A stretch of DNA of 64,000 nt, taken from NCBI GenBank assembly GCA_951406725.2, contig OX597816.1:146382001-146446000 (forward strand), in the 5' to 3' direction. Below are positions 47,011 through 61,570 of the stretch, piece by piece (the stretch's first letter is position 1; each line of letters opens with the position of its first letter). This DNA comes from Octopus vulgaris (Eukaryota). Position numbers and translations under genes: made by a program. Under the pieces are notes generated by a model, which was not told the origin of the DNA, searched no databases, and worked only from the letters and a program-made list of their open reading frames with translations.

Positions 47011-48439
47011 TATAGTATATCTCTTGATATGTAGTGTGAATTCAATGGAAGCAAGCTTTATATCATGTTTATTAAGTTTTTGTAAGTATGCGACAATGTT
47101 GACTGACGAATGAAAAAGCCTTTTCAATGTCAGTAACTCGCACAATGAAAAGTATGTAGGCAGTAACTACATTGGAGGTACATACTACCTGCAAAATGAT
47201 GGTAATTATACGGATGCCAGTAAAGGTCTAACGTTTATAGATTAATAATTGTAGAAAGAATGAGTGGAGAAACGTGTGCATGATGTGGATAAACTTATAA
47301 GATAATTTGATCGAGGGCTATCTATTTCAATAGTAGCCAAACTGGTTTGTGTGAACTATAGAATTAGAAAAAAAAACTGGATATATTAACTGTATCACAT
47401 AAATAATAAGTTGCAACCATACTCCGATAAAATGATGGTTGGATAAATGAATAAAAATGTAATGAATTGGCATAAATAAATTTAATAATCATAGAAATTC
47501 CATTACATTACAGTTCGTGTGTTTGAGATAAATATATCTAAAGTTAACTCAAATACAATACTTGTGTACATAACTGTCATAGAACTCCCGTTACCTATAT
47601 TACGTACAGAAATGGTATGAGAATTTAGTTAACATATTTGAAAGAGTCTAATGTCTTGATTGAAACATTTCAAGAAATATTGCTTTGAGAAATATTGTAA
47701 GATAAACCATGAAGTTAGAAACGATCATAAATATGTTAAGTGTAAATAAATATATATCTTGAAATTAGAATATTTATACAAGTGCAGGCTTGCAAATAAC
47801 TAAGAGTAGACCAGTAAAACAAGCTACTCAACACCATAATTAAATCTCTCTATGACAAATCGTTTATGCAAATATGTTGTAAAAATCTCTCTCAGAAAAC
47901 TAATATCTCTCACATCTCTCAGTTCCTCAACTTCACTCATTCTCTCTTGTATCTATATACTAGACAAAAAGATTAGTAAAATATTAGCAACGCACATCCA
48001 CAGTATCTGCCAAAAGCAGTCACGCACAGTGTCTGCTTATATAATGATACAGCTACTATAACCATGCATAACTACATAAGAGAACCCCTTTCCTCTTAAC
48101 ACAATTCTGTCCATGAGTTTCTTGTCTATTACACCACCCTCCCTGTCCCAAATACACTCTGTTGCAAGAAGACTCTAACTTCCTCTTCCAGATATTAATG
48201 AAAAATGGTAAATTCAGCAAATTTGAAGAACAAGCATACTAGTATACTTGAAAATGATAAAAATGGATGGGGGAAAACACGTATTTTGAATATACTGTGA
48301 TTGTGGGCTAATTGTTAACATTGAAAGAGTTATCCTTACCGTAAAAACATATGGCCTACCAATAACTAACTACACAGATCCAACTCCATTCTGAAATGAA
48401 CATATGTATTTTATATGAGGAAATCGGAATTATACGCTA

Positions 48440-51400
48440 TTTCACTAGAAGAATAAATGGTCTGCATTATTGTTCGCTTCCGCGCTTGGAAGATCGCTGA
48501 TGGGACGACTCGCCGAAACGAAATTATTGCTGCGGCGCTGAAAAGCAACAATATTTTCGAGAACCACCGCCCAGATAGAGCGAATAGAAGAGAGAAGTTA
48601 TCCGTTCGTACGCTCTAATCAGTGCAACATGTGGACACCCTGGACATCATCCTGGGAGGTGACGGCAGCAGGGAGGGCCAAGTATTTATACGGAAAGCAT
48701 CCAGAGCCAAATGGAGAAGCCTGGAGCAACGTCAAACGATGACACATGTCAATATATGTGGAATAGAAACAACTGAAGCCACCAAAGAGGTGCGATGGCC
48801 GCAAGAAAGGAAAGGCAGCTGGAATTGATGGGAAGCAGGAGGTATTAAGGGTGACAGAATCAAGGCTAAAGGAAGCCCTATATGAGAAAGCAGAGGGACC
48901 CCAGCAAAAACTGTAAGGGCAGGGAAAGAAACACCTGCAAATTCTACCTGAGGGGGACTGCTGGTACGGCGTTGAAGGTGCAAACTCATCTATTTATTTC
49001 ATCGGAGGCCCTACTGCATTATTTAATTTTCCCTGCACGGACGCGATTTTGGACAGAGGTCCCTCCCTCAGGGAGTTTTAACAATATTTGTGAACAAAAA
49101 GTTAAAAATAGAAGGAAAAAAGCGCACTGACCACTACTGAAAGACGGTATGCAGATGTGGTGCGCGGAAACCCAACAGGATGGCCAGCTTCACCCAGATG
49201 TGAGAAGGGCGGCAGCTGAACAGCAGTCTTTTTTGTGCATGGCACAAAAAATTGTTCAACAGCTGACTGCAACTTATAAGCACAAAACTAAATCACCTTC
49301 AACACATGCAGTTTACCACAAAAATATTCTTAGCTCGATCATGTTATTGTGATTTCACACACACCTGTAAAAAATTCAAATTTCTACTGAATGTAGGGCT
49401 GCTGCCGTCGATAAAATTTAAATGACCTTGTGACATGCAATCAAGCTATATGCATGGCACTCACAAGAAAACGATCTTGAACCCGATATAGGTGATGCAG
49501 AAATACACATGCCGCAATATGCAGTCATACGCACAGATAGAATAAGGGAGGAGCCATGGTGGAGTTGCAATGTACATCCGAGATGACCTCACGCCCCAGG
49601 TCCTGCTGTCATATTCAAACTCAGTATGTGAAACTCAAATTGTACACATAAGACAACTGAATATCGTCATATGCACTACATATCGCCCACCAGACGCCCC
49701 AAAACACTCAGGCATGTTTGAAGACTGCCTAACAAAAATAGGAGAAGTCCTCACCAACCTTGAACAGAAAATACGAATTTCATTGTTGTATTCTTCAATG
49801 TGGATATGATTTTAGACTCTCCCCTTGTAGCCTTTTGATTTACTCATGACACACCATCAGCAGGCACAGGTGGAGTCCCTGCTCCATCTCACAAATACCT
49901 CTTTCATGGAGCAAATAGTTCTGCAACCAACAAGGGCAGATAATATACTGGATCTCTGCTTTACAAACAATATGGATATTATCCATAATGTTAATGTGAT
50001 TCATTTGCCGACAATGATCTCGGATCACAACATAATAAGTGTTTTACGTATGGAACAAAAGCCCCCGCAGACACACAGCCTATACGAAGCACCCACCATC
50101 TACATGTGAACTTAAACTTTCATAAAGCCAACTGGAAGTCGATTGAGAAAGAGATCCTCAAACAGGATTGGCCTGAATGTCTCTACACCGGACATAAACA
50201 TGAAACACAAACACTTCATGTCCATAATACAAGCCATATGTGACAAATATGTCCCAATGTGCAGGGCCAGCACACACAAGAATAAAAACAGGATCCCTAG
50301 AGAAAGGAGGATGTTCTTATGTTTTAGACGACGGACAAGGATCATTTCAAACCGCCTGAGCAAGCACACCAAAAGTGGTGAGAAGTCTCGGCTCGAAAGA
50401 ATGCTAATGGAAACTGAGGAAAAGTCTACATCAGTCCCATGAAAAGGAGAGAGCAGATAAAGCTTGGGTAATAGAAAATATATAAATCAAACCCTAAAGC
50501 TTTCTTTAAGTTTGCCAAAGAGACAGCCACAGTGCACCAGAGAATAGGACCTCTCTTCCAAAAAGATGGCTCTCTCACAGGAAATCCCACGAGGATAAGT
50601 GAAATACTGAACGAACAGTTCCAAAGTGTATTCACTACACCTCTAGGACACAGGCAAGTAAACAACCCAGAAGAATTCTTTGCCACTTTACCAGCGGCCA
50701 AAGATCATGTTCCTTGAAGAAAATGACTTACTGTCTGACACCCAGCATGGATTTCGACCAGGTAGAGGCTGCCTAACACAGCTCCTGCAACACTATGACT
50801 GGGTGTTGAAACAGCTACTAAATGGCTCAAATGTGGATGTAATATATCTTGACTTTGCAAAAGCCTTTGATAAAGTCGACCATGGTATGATCTGTCACAA
50901 ACTGCGTGGTCTCGGCAGGCGGGAAACTTGGCTGCACAACTTCCTAAAAGACAGAAAACAGGCAGTTGTGAGCAATGGAGCCACCTCCAGAGAAACGCAA
51001 ATAACAAGCGGTGTCCCACAGGGCACTGTCTTGGGGCCACTGATGTTCATAGTGGCCCTTTCAGACATGCCTTCAGTTGCTACGATGACCACCCTTGCTA
51101 GCTATGCAGATGACACAAAAGTCTCCCACGCAATACAAAACCCTGAAAATATTGCGCATCTGCAACATGAGCTGGACACAATATACAGTTGGGCTGAGGA
51201 CAACAACATGCAGTTTAATGCAGGTAAGTTCCAGGCCCTGCGCTACTGGCACACAAAGGTAAATGACGTGAAGACTGGATACACTGGCCCAGGAAGAATT
51301 GCAATCCCTGAGTTAAAATCAGTGCGTGACCTGGGCATTGACATGAGCAATGATGCATCTTTCCAAATGCATATTGCTAATCTGGTGATAAAATGCAGAC

Positions 51401-51569
51401 GGCTAGCTGGATGGATTCTCCGAACTTTCAGAACAAGAGAGAAGGTGACACTGATGGTCCTATGGAAAACATTTGTCCTCAGCCGCTTGGACTACTGCTC
51501 CCAACTTTGGTCACCACACAATATAAAACAAACAGCAGAACTCGAAGCAACTCAGAGAAGCTACACAAA
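48440..51569 (+). mobile_element. CR1/L2-group LINE remnant: ORF1 traces, APE endonuclease and reverse transcriptase; runs into the gap
   Basis: APE motifs YRPPD, LDLCFTNN and SDHN (49570-50109). RT motifs QHGFRPGR, DFAKAFDKVDH, GVPQGTVLGP, YADD and LDYCSQLWSP (50700-51569). Frameshifted; the 5' boundary is approximate. Confidence 0.9.
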
Positions 51570-51669
51570 NNNNNNNNNNNNNNNNNNNNNNNNNNNNNNN
51601 NNNNNNNNNNNNNNNNNNNNNNNNNNNNNNNNNNNNNNNNNNNNNNNNNNNNNNNNNNNNNNNNNNNNN
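51570..51669. other. Assembly gap (100 N)
   Basis: Run of n. Confidence 1.
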
Positions 51670-52189
51670 CACATTTATTTAGACATGTATATACGTATAT
51701 ATGTTTGTGCATAATGTGTGTGTGTGTGTGTATGTTTACGCATATATTCATATGTATGTACATACGTGCGTATCTCTCTATATATGTGTGTGTGTGTTAA
51801 CAGACGTTCATTAGTGCCTTCCAAGCCAAATATTTATTAATCCATTATTAAGTAGATCAAATTTATGCGCTTGAGCTTGTAATAGATTAGCTTTGAACCC
51901 CGAATATTCTCAATATTATATTGAAAATATGTTTGAAAAGGACATACCATGTACATCGCTCTTGGATGTCCGTTTGATAATTTTAAGATTGTATAACTGC
52001 ATATACGCATTAATTTTCGTAATGAAAGTAAACTAGTCTAAGCATGAAATTACGGGAAGAGTCATCTTCAACAGTCGCAACGACTAAATGTATCAATGTA
52101 ACCTAACAACTATCAGATAGTTTTGAAAAGTATTTAACAGTGATGAAATAATTTACAGTAGAAAATGGTGAATAAAACAGAAAAGGAAA

Positions 52190-53260
52190 TGAACTTTATT
52201 TTCAACATAAAAGTAAATTTCTTCAATGTTTTGACGTGTTTATTCTTTGTATTTTATATGTAAATTTTTATATGCGTTAAGAATTCTTTGAAAGCATTCC
52301 TTTTGTGAATTTATGAAATACAGATATTCTGCTTGATGGATACTACTCATGATGTATATAGATTTTGGGCCAAATGTGCTGAAATTTTATTATGCTTGCA
52401 TTATATTTAAACACAACACATAAGCCTTATTGGACAGAAACAAAACAGGTATGCACCATCGTAACAATATATTGACAGCCACACTTACCAACAATGCCTG
52501 TGACAATTGTTTTAACTGCCAACGGTCCTTCATTGGCCCGATCATGTAGGAATCTGAGGGTACCACATCGGAAATATATGGGTGGACAAACGACCAGCCA
52601 AATTTGATATTTTGTTGATTTTTTTTTACAATGATGTTATTGTTCAATTTCTACCCTAATGGCTTTTAAGCATTTGGCAGTTTCCAGAAAAATCTAGTAG
52701 AATGATGATGTTTTATCATAAAAAACAATCAAGACCATCACTATTAGTTTCACTATCGTTCGCTGGTTCCTTAAATCCTTAGGTATTGTAGAGAAGTTGT
52801 AACGGTACTTTATGGAGGAAAACGTCAATTATAAATCATTTAGATACAGCCATGTTTCTTCCGCTGTTATCAGAGCAGAAGAAAACATGTACTAATTAGT
52901 TTCAAATACTCTCAGAAGGTCACGCACTTCTTTCGTTCAAATCGGGCGTCAAGTGCAGAGCCGCTCATATACACTTTTTTCGTAACTCTAAATGGTTCAC
53001 CATCTCCCGTATAGCATTGTAGCCTGAATCCATTTGTGCAGCAGGTGCAAATATTGTCACTTCTTTTCTTTGAGAATCAGACGTCCACTGGCTGACGAAT
53101 CATATCAGTGTTCATAGTAGGTCGTTTCTCATCGTGTTCACCTGTAGACTGTGTCAATTATGTCACCTCCGTAAAAATCATTGTAAACTTCTGTAGACGC
53201 CGGATAGTTCGCCCTCCTCCAGAGTACAGAGGGCATTGATGGTACATTGCGTTCCTTGAA
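52190..53260 (-). mobile_element. Degenerate mariner transposon remnant
   Basis: Minus-strand HPYISDVVPSDSYMIGPMK at ~52525-52590 resembles the mariner motif HPPYSPDLAPSDFHLFGPLK; boundaries are approximate. Confidence 0.55.
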
Positions 53261-55131
53261 ATCTATTATTTAAGTCTTGTGTTATTCCAGGGTCGATAAA
53301 TCTGTACTTTGCAGTCATAGTTGTCGATTCAAATCATTGGAGATTTTGCTAAAGTAAAACAAAACGTAATTACATGTACAACAATGTTCGTTGGTTTGTG
53401 CTAGCTATGAAAATTTAAATTCTTTCTTTCCTCTTTCATTTACTGCTATTTCGTTAAAATTACGCCAAAGAATATTAGTAGATAATCATTCTATTATATC
53501 TTATGTGCAGAAAACCAGCTACTGAAATATACTTAAATGTATTAACCCCAAATATTACTACTTCATCTTTAGCTAGTTACATCAGTGAATGAAAAACATT
53601 TCATTTTTTATTCTTGCTTGATTTATTTTATGCCAATATTTATTAACAGAAAACCGTCTTCACAAAATCAAGCACTTGTTGGAAAATCTCATTTAAACTA
53701 TTGTATAAAATTGGATATGTTTAAATAAATATGGATAGACTGACGGGTAGAAAAATTGAATTGACATAGAATAACTAATACGTTTCTCTTCCTTAGTTTA
53801 AAACCGTCAAACTTACAATAAAATGCCTGCAATTCGAAGGAGAAAGTGATCTGTTCTTACTAGGTTCGGACCTTCGGTCTCTCATTTTCGTCATTTCTTT
53901 GAACCTGGTATATATGACATTCACATGAGATGAGGCATTTTGCTTTTCCTCAGTTATGCCTAAAATCGAAGATTATGATAAATCATCCAGTCCATTGTTT
54001 AGGTGTATAGTGGCAGTAACTATACCAACATAACGATATAATAGAACAAGCACATTATTTCATACAATTTGCCACAGGGGCATGACATAGAGTAACGGCG
54101 GGCTGGATAATTACATTAATGGGATGAAATGAATATAAAAATATGAATGAGTGATACGTACGGCGCCCGCAGACACCCCCCCTCCGTCTCTCGAAATCAA
54201 TATTCTTTTTAGAATAAACAGAATGAGGTTTCAAACTTGTCATTTTACAATGACAAGGCTTTCCGACCTCTTTCCGTAGTCCTCTTCTTCAACATCTTCA
54301 AATTCAGTATCACATCTGACCCCGTACCCCGCCATTTCCTACGCTTCACTCAAGCATAAATCGTGTGTCATACCGGTGCCACCCGGCCATAAGCGATACA
54401 CCTCTTTGAGTTCCTTCAGCCTTTGACCACGGGCATCTTTATGACCTCCAGGGATATCTGCAGAGGCCATTTGGGATCCCGTGTGCAGGCCAGAACTACT
54501 TCCTCTTGGTGCTTTTCCACCTCCCCGCCCCTTTAAAAGACAAGTACTTCTTCTCCTTTAAGGGGCGAGGTAATCACTTCCACCGTCGGTGACACCATTC
54601 ACACCGACGAAGTCCGGGGCATGCCGGTATTTTAATAGAACAACTACATGCTTTCATGCTTTATATGCCTTAATATGTCGCATGGCATCAACATGTACTG
54701 CGAGCGCATATATCTCTGTGTGTTCGCGCGTGTGTGTGTGTTCGTGTGTGTATGTGTGTGAGTGAGTGTGCTCTCCTTTAGGGCGGGCACCTTGAGCATC
54801 AAACAACGCTACGGAGAATCAAACAACCACGGAGTAACTATTGACAGCTTAAACGGAAGTGTCCACATAAACAACGAAGTCGACATGGTCCGCAGGTCAG
54901 GTTCCTGTATCCTCAGGAGGTTCCTAAAATTATCCCTCTCCACCTCTACACATCCTCTTCTTGAGTAGGGTTATCCGCGGTTGGCCCCCAACACGAAACA
55001 AAATAGAAAAATTGAAGCATGACGGAGAACGGTTGCAAAACAAAAAGACGACATCGCATTTCTACATTACTGGAATTGTCCCGAAAATGTCAAATGTAGG
55101 TACTAAAAGTATGTAATAGTATCAAAACGGG

Positions 55132-55224
<93 letters not shown>

Positions 55225-55293
55225 GATTTACCACGCCATGATAGACCGCTAGATCCAAAAGCATTTTTAATCTCTCTGTTTATTTCCTCGTGT

Positions 55294-55332
55294 TCCTTTC
55301 TGTGGAAGAGCGTAGGCTCGAAACGCAAAGGA
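55294..55332 (+). ncRNA. Decayed minimal hammerhead-like motif within a ~180-bp cassette between (TATC)n and (TA)n
   Basis: TCCTTT CTGTGGAA GAGC-GTAG-GCTC GAAAC GC AAAGGA. Stem I (6 bp) and stem II (4 bp) are perfect, but the core is mutated. Confidence 0.5.
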
Positions 55333-55400
55333 TTTTCTCACCTTTCCGATTGTTAATCTAGTACACCTGTTTTCGCCTTTTGTTTTTCTGTAAATTTCAA

Positions 55401-55469
<69 letters not shown>

Positions 55470-55492
55470 ATAAATATATATACATATATTCA

Positions 55493-55555
<63 letters not shown>

Positions 55556-56139
55556 ATAGAAATGTTAAACTAAAAATGGAATTGGTGTATTGACGCTGTA
55601 GAACATACATAGGATTCAGTTTGAAGACCGTCTGTATTACGTAAGCAATTAGACAGATGATGTAATTTAATCGATTCAGTTCCTCACCATTCGCAGCGGA
55701 AGGTATGATGTTTTGTTGCTGCGAACGTTGGGTATAGCGTTCGTCTAAACGCATTGGATACAGAATTGGTGTGTGGAGTTGTCTGCCCAACGCGAAATCA
55801 CTGCTCAGATCTTTACAATTTTTATTTGAGATTGAAAATTTATTGATGAAATTCATTATAAAAACAATGAAATATCAGACACTGTATGTTTTTGTTAACT
55901 TTATTGCACTGTCTCTTTTATGAACAACTGACATACATACATATGATAATTACATCCTTTCCTTTTTCCGGACAACAGTTTAACCTTTCACACTTCCTCA
56001 AGTAACCTCATTCACAAAAGCTTGAAAGAATTCAAATTCATGTTGTTTCATACATACGACTGTAAGTATTTTAGACATAGACATAGTATATACTATATTT
56101 CTCAATTCTCCTTTACCTTCAAATGTCTCAGTTTCTTTA

Positions 56140-56203
<64 letters not shown>

Positions 56204-58335
56204 CATCTATTTAGCTAGCTAGCTATTTATTTATTTATCTATTTAATTAACTATCCTTCTATCTATGAGTTACACTACATGTCTCTGTCCCCATTTATCT
56301 ATATCTACACACACACAAACTCTCACATACATCTACAGGTGGATGAGTGTATGGATGATAGTTTTGATAAATAGATAAATGATAGGCATATATAAACACA
56401 TACCTATGTATGTATATATTTATATATATATATGTATGTGTATATATAGAGAGAGATAGATAGATAGATAGATAGATATTGGTAATGACAGTTACTCAGG
56501 GAGTTATGCGAGTGTGATTTCTTTTGTATGTATCCATGATTGTCTGAATCTAAATATATATGTTTGGCTTTTGTCTATGTGGTACCTCCGTAGATTTAAT
56601 CTGTTTCCTGTGGATATATGTGTGTCTCGCTTTGCCGATACCACGTATTGCGCAATACAAGTCAATAACAATTTTGTGGAAAAGTGCAATCCCACAGAAA
56701 TTCGTTAGTAATCAATATCAGTCATAATTTTCTCACTATTTATACGGTTTTTGCTCATCTGAATTTTCCTCTAATTCATTCAACTTTGTTTTTACCTTAG
56801 TTGCTTGTCAGATTTCATGACGGTAGTATAGTGCATTCAGTTATCGACATTCTAAAACTTGACTAGTTTTGCAGAATTTTTTAGATAATTTTAATATATT
56901 GCTTTAGCACGATAGATTACATTTTTTGCGGATCTTCCATATTGATATTACTTATAAGAAGTGCTTGCCTTGATCCATCCCCTCCCAATAGCAAAAAATT
57001 GATCTAAATATGATTTTGGAATGTCTTTGCTCATCAAGCATACAATAGTGCCTATCATGTCAAACATATGAATATTTTATGTCCACAAAAACCTTACATC
57101 AATGGAGAGGGGAGATTACCAAATGAAAAGATTTGACACACTTGTTACGTTTCCCTAAAGAGATGATGCTGTGCCAATTCAAGGCTAACATTAGCAGTCA
57201 TGATATTTCTCTCTTGAAAATGTTTGGCTCTTTTAAACACTAAGACGTTGGTATCCAATTTCAGAGATTTGATCCATGTATTTGCAAAGGATATTGATTA
57301 GAATTCGTGGATATCAATATGAAACACATAGTGCCATGTACCTAATACAGTAAGATATTTTGAATTTTAGTCATGTTGCATGCCTAGGATTTTGATATTT
57401 TATATTAGTAAAGTGTCCTACAAAAACAGAAATCTGTGTCCTTATACACAAATTCTCAACATCATGAACTCATGCAAAAATATATTTGTATATTATTGGA
57501 CCGTGCATTTTCTTCACATACACGTTTTAGAATGTTATATGACAAGATAAATTATGACATTCGTGGACTATTTTTGAATATTGGAGAGACTGTATTGAAT
57601 TACTTTTAACAATTGATATAAAGCTAAAAATAAACATAATTTACAAACTCATTCAGTATGACAGTACTAACATCAGACAATGAGTATGCTTATATAATCT
57701 GTACTTTTGTATGGAGACGTAGATTGTTCTCCATCCATCAACTGACAACCCAACTGACTGATCAAAGGACATACGGTGACGGCTGCATTTGAGCGTTTTT
57801 AGGTACGGTTGAAGCTTCTAACAGTGACGATTGTTAGGCTGTTTCACTTTGGTTAAAATATTATAGTCATGTTTCCTCAGTTTTATCTAATTTAATTTTA
57901 AAAATTTTAGCATGTTTAATGTAGTTGAACGAGTCGAGCATTACGCATTTCCTACGCAATGATACACTCATCAATTACCTTAATTATATCCTGACTCAAC
58001 GAAAGAAGTGGGAATATTTGGAAACCTATACTAAAGCTTAGGAAATGTTAGAGAATGAACGATATTCAGCTTGAAATTAGAGAGAAAACAAAATTATCTA
58101 GCTAAATCCAACTTATTTGAACATGAATATTTCAATCGGTTTCTCCCCCTCTACGCGTTCTCTGTCTTTCATTAGATTTTTTTGTTTTGTTTTAATTACA
58201 ACTGAATATGGATACGACTACTGTGATAACATATTCTACCTTCTTTTGTACGTGCATAATATCAAGCTGCATTTTGCATTCGCTAAAGAGCAAAAAAGAG
58301 CACATGAGCAGCAGTGCCATCCACAGTAACTACAG

Positions 58336-58366
<31 letters not shown>

Positions 58367-58499
58367 AAAACAACAACATCGACAACAGCAAAAGCAGCAT
58401 TAACAACAACATCCACAGCAACAACAACATCAATAGCAACGGGAGAGAAAAAGAGGAGAGCAAACACTGGGTTTAAAATAATCTACAATACTATGGAGT

Positions 58500-59050
58500 G
58501 ACTGTAGAGAACAAGCTTAAAACATCAGTCAGAGAGCCACAAGAAAGGGCCACACGTTCAGACAATTAACACACCTGGTGCATCTTTCCAAACCACTGTC
58601 CAATCAGTATGCAAACAACAGGGAAGCGTAGTGTATCAACTGATGTGCTCATGCTGAGTGATATACTTAGGATTGATAAGACAATTTCCCTTTCAATTCA
58701 AGTGATATCTCTACAAGGCCATAACACCCAGTGCCATGTTCCAGCAGCACAAACACTCTGATAAGGATTTCTTCAAAAGTATGCTGGCGAAGGGAACGGA
58801 TGGAGTTAACCCCAGAATCACAGATGCGCACTTCATTAGGAATAAATCACCTCGCTTGAACCGTCGTAATCAGCTGGATACATGGAAATACATCTACCGC
58901 TTCCATGATCATTAACTGGCACCAGCAATAACCATCATCAAATTACATAATCTAAGGAATAAGAACATCTGATGAAGAATCGTTGAGTCGAAAGCGCTAA
59001 TGAGATATAATATAAAATCTAGCAACAAGGATTTCTACAGGTCATACATC
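58500..59050 (+). mobile_element. Penelope-like element 3' remnant (GIY-YIG endonuclease plus pLTR)
   Basis: VVYQLMCSC*VIYLG from 58628 (GIY-YIG), then SAMFQQH and RITDAHFIRNKSPRLN (~58814-58861), followed by an HHR. Confidence 0.75.
58966..59002 (+). ncRNA. Minimal Penelope-type hammerhead ribozyme
   Basis: CAT CTGATGA A GAATC-GTT-GAGTC GAAA GCGC TA ATG. It has a 3-bp stem I, palindromic AGCGCT in place of stem III, and a CUA triplet. Confidence 0.7.
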
Positions 59051-59512
59051 ACATGTAGGGTAAAATCTATCTGTCTATCGATTTATTTCTCTGTCTAGCT
59101 ATCCATTTACCTGTCTGCCTGTCTGTCGATTTATCTATCTCTGTCTCTGTCTATCTCTGTCTCTCTCTCTCTATATATATCTATCTAACTTACTAACTAT
59201 CGATCTGCCCTTCTGTGCGCTTCTTTCTTTATCTACCTATTTAATTTTAAATTTACTTCAATATACATACACCACTTATATATCCTTAATCTCTGACATC
59301 CATGAACCTTAAAAAAATTTATATCCTTAAATCTATCAAGAAATTAAACCTCATCATAAAGCTTGTACTTTAGTACTGTTCACTTTTACTATATTTTATC
59401 TTGTTAAAATCCAATTTAATTCAATTAACTTCATCCTCCTCCTTCACCTTCCTAACCTCTCCTACTAACAGTGTTACCCTGTTATCTTATTATACTAATA
59501 TACACACGCACG

Positions 59513-59573
<61 letters not shown>

Positions 59574-59827
59574 GTAAACATATATATAAATCATATTTCT
59601 GTTATTTATAGTCATCGATCTGTATGCGTATGCATTCTGTAAGATTTTATGGATATATATACAAGTAATGTAATAATGTTATTATAATAATGGATTTGAC
59701 TTAATTTCGAGAGCATAGTTTAGAGTTTTGTTAACCTTCACACATTGCACATACATACGTGTATCACATACACGTACATACCTACCTACACATATACATG
59801 CATACATACATATATATATATACACGC

Positions 59828-59860
<33 letters not shown>

Positions 59861-60442
59861 TGTGCTAAACCGCATATAAGCTCTAAGTACGCACACAAAA
59901 TTTATAAAATAAATATTTATCGACATATATACCATAACCATACATTTTACCAGATGTTTTCGTATTATCTGCTTTATTTGTTTCACTTTAACTCCCTTCA
60001 GTATTAAGTATCTAGAAATAGATATGATCATTATTCAATTGTGTACAGAATAATACGTATATATCATAATAGCTGTTTCACATATGTTTATTCATATTTT
60101 TTCAATTTAATGTATGTTTATTTTAAATACTTTTGTATATTTTCACACTCAGAGCCAAACACTCCTATGATATTTTATAGAATTTCATTCATACGGTCCA
60201 AAACATATACTTCTCAAAACACACTAGAGTGTAAGGACAAAAAGGAAATAGATGGACAATTATCTATGTAGATGTAATAAAAATACCAGGCTTTCTCATT
60301 CACATTCGTGCAAGCATATATATAGAGCCTGATGGATAGAACAGATTAACCAAAACAAAAGCAATACTCTTAGAGAAGGCACACAACGCCTCGCTCGCTT
60401 GTTTAGGGAAATCACTCAACAAAAAAAAGAATATATATGTGT

Positions 60443-60850
60443 GAGTGGCTGTGTGGTAAGTAGCTTGCTAACCAACCACATGGTTCTGGGTTCAGTCCCA
60501 CTGCGTGGCATCTTGGGCAAGTGTCTTCTGCTATAGCCCCGGGCCGACCAATACCTTGAGAGTGGATTTGGTAGACGGAAACTGAAAGAAGCCTGTCGTA
60601 TATATGTATATATATGTATATGTATGTATATGTATGTGTTTGTGTGTCTGTGTTTGTACCCCTAGCATTGCTTGACAACCGATGCTGATGTGTTTACGTC
60701 CCCGTCACTTAGCGGTTCGGCAAAAGAGACCGATAGAATAAGTACTGGGCTTACAAAGAATAAGTCCCGGGGTCGATTTGCTCGACTAATGGCGGTGCTC
60801 CAGCATGGCCGCAGTCAAATGACTGAAACAAGTAAAGAAGTAAAAGAGTA
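60443..60850 (+). mobile_element. Near full-length SINE family B
   Basis: Colinear with 34407-34820. Confidence 0.9.
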
Positions 60851-61007
60851 AAGAGAGTATGTAAGTATGTATGCATGTATGTATATTTATATGTATATGT
60901 ATACATACACACATATGTATATATATATATATATACACACACACACAAGCATGTATAATCAGTATGTGTGTTTGTGTATATATGTGCGTGTGAGTATGTG
61001 TCTAAGA

Positions 61008-61050
61008 CAGTGACTTCGAAGTTTCGGCTAGCTAATCCATCACTAGTCTG
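61008..61050 (-). ncRNA. Decayed hammerhead-like motif
   Basis: Minus strand CAGA CTAGTGA TGGATTAG-CTAGCC GAAAC TTCGAA GTC ACTG. It has a palindromic stem III (ACTTCGAAGT) and a GUC triplet; the 5' core is mutated. Confidence 0.5.
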
Positions 61051-61528
61051 ATCACGGCTTTGCATTGTCTCTATGAACATCCGGCATGAATCAAACATTG
61101 CGTAATTGAATAATACTAGAATCATCTGTGTAGCATTGCTATAATTTATTCTGTGAAGATTTTTTCCCTCCTTCTAGAAAAGTATACGAGAACGACAATT
61201 CTGGCTTATTCTTCAGTAATAAGGATAAACACAAACCACCTAAAATGTTTGCTACTAATTCATGTAAATAGATAGAAAAACTGATAGATGTGTGGTTGCG
61301 CGTGTATGTATGTGTGCGCGCGCGTGTCTTGTTTAGTACCCATTACATTAGAACTTAAGATTTGCTTCATCCACGTTCGCTCTTATCGCCAAATTTCAAT
61401 ACCGAGCCGCCATCCGTGGATGACTCTGGAGTTTAATTATATTCTCAATACATAATCTCTTTTGCTTGCACTCACTCTCTCAGTCTTTCTCTCTCTATAT
61501 ATTTTTTTCTCTCCATATATATATATGA

Positions 61529-61570
<42 letters not shown>

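Noticed and set aside
48494-48525. CTGATGG-GACGACTCGCC-GAAACGAA near the LINE 5' end
   Set aside because: A9 is mutated, and there is no NUH triplet or stem I; this could be chance.
54150-55000. GC-richer island with short open frames
   Set aside because: No motif I can recognise on either strand; probably an old mobile-element fragment but not classifiable by eye.
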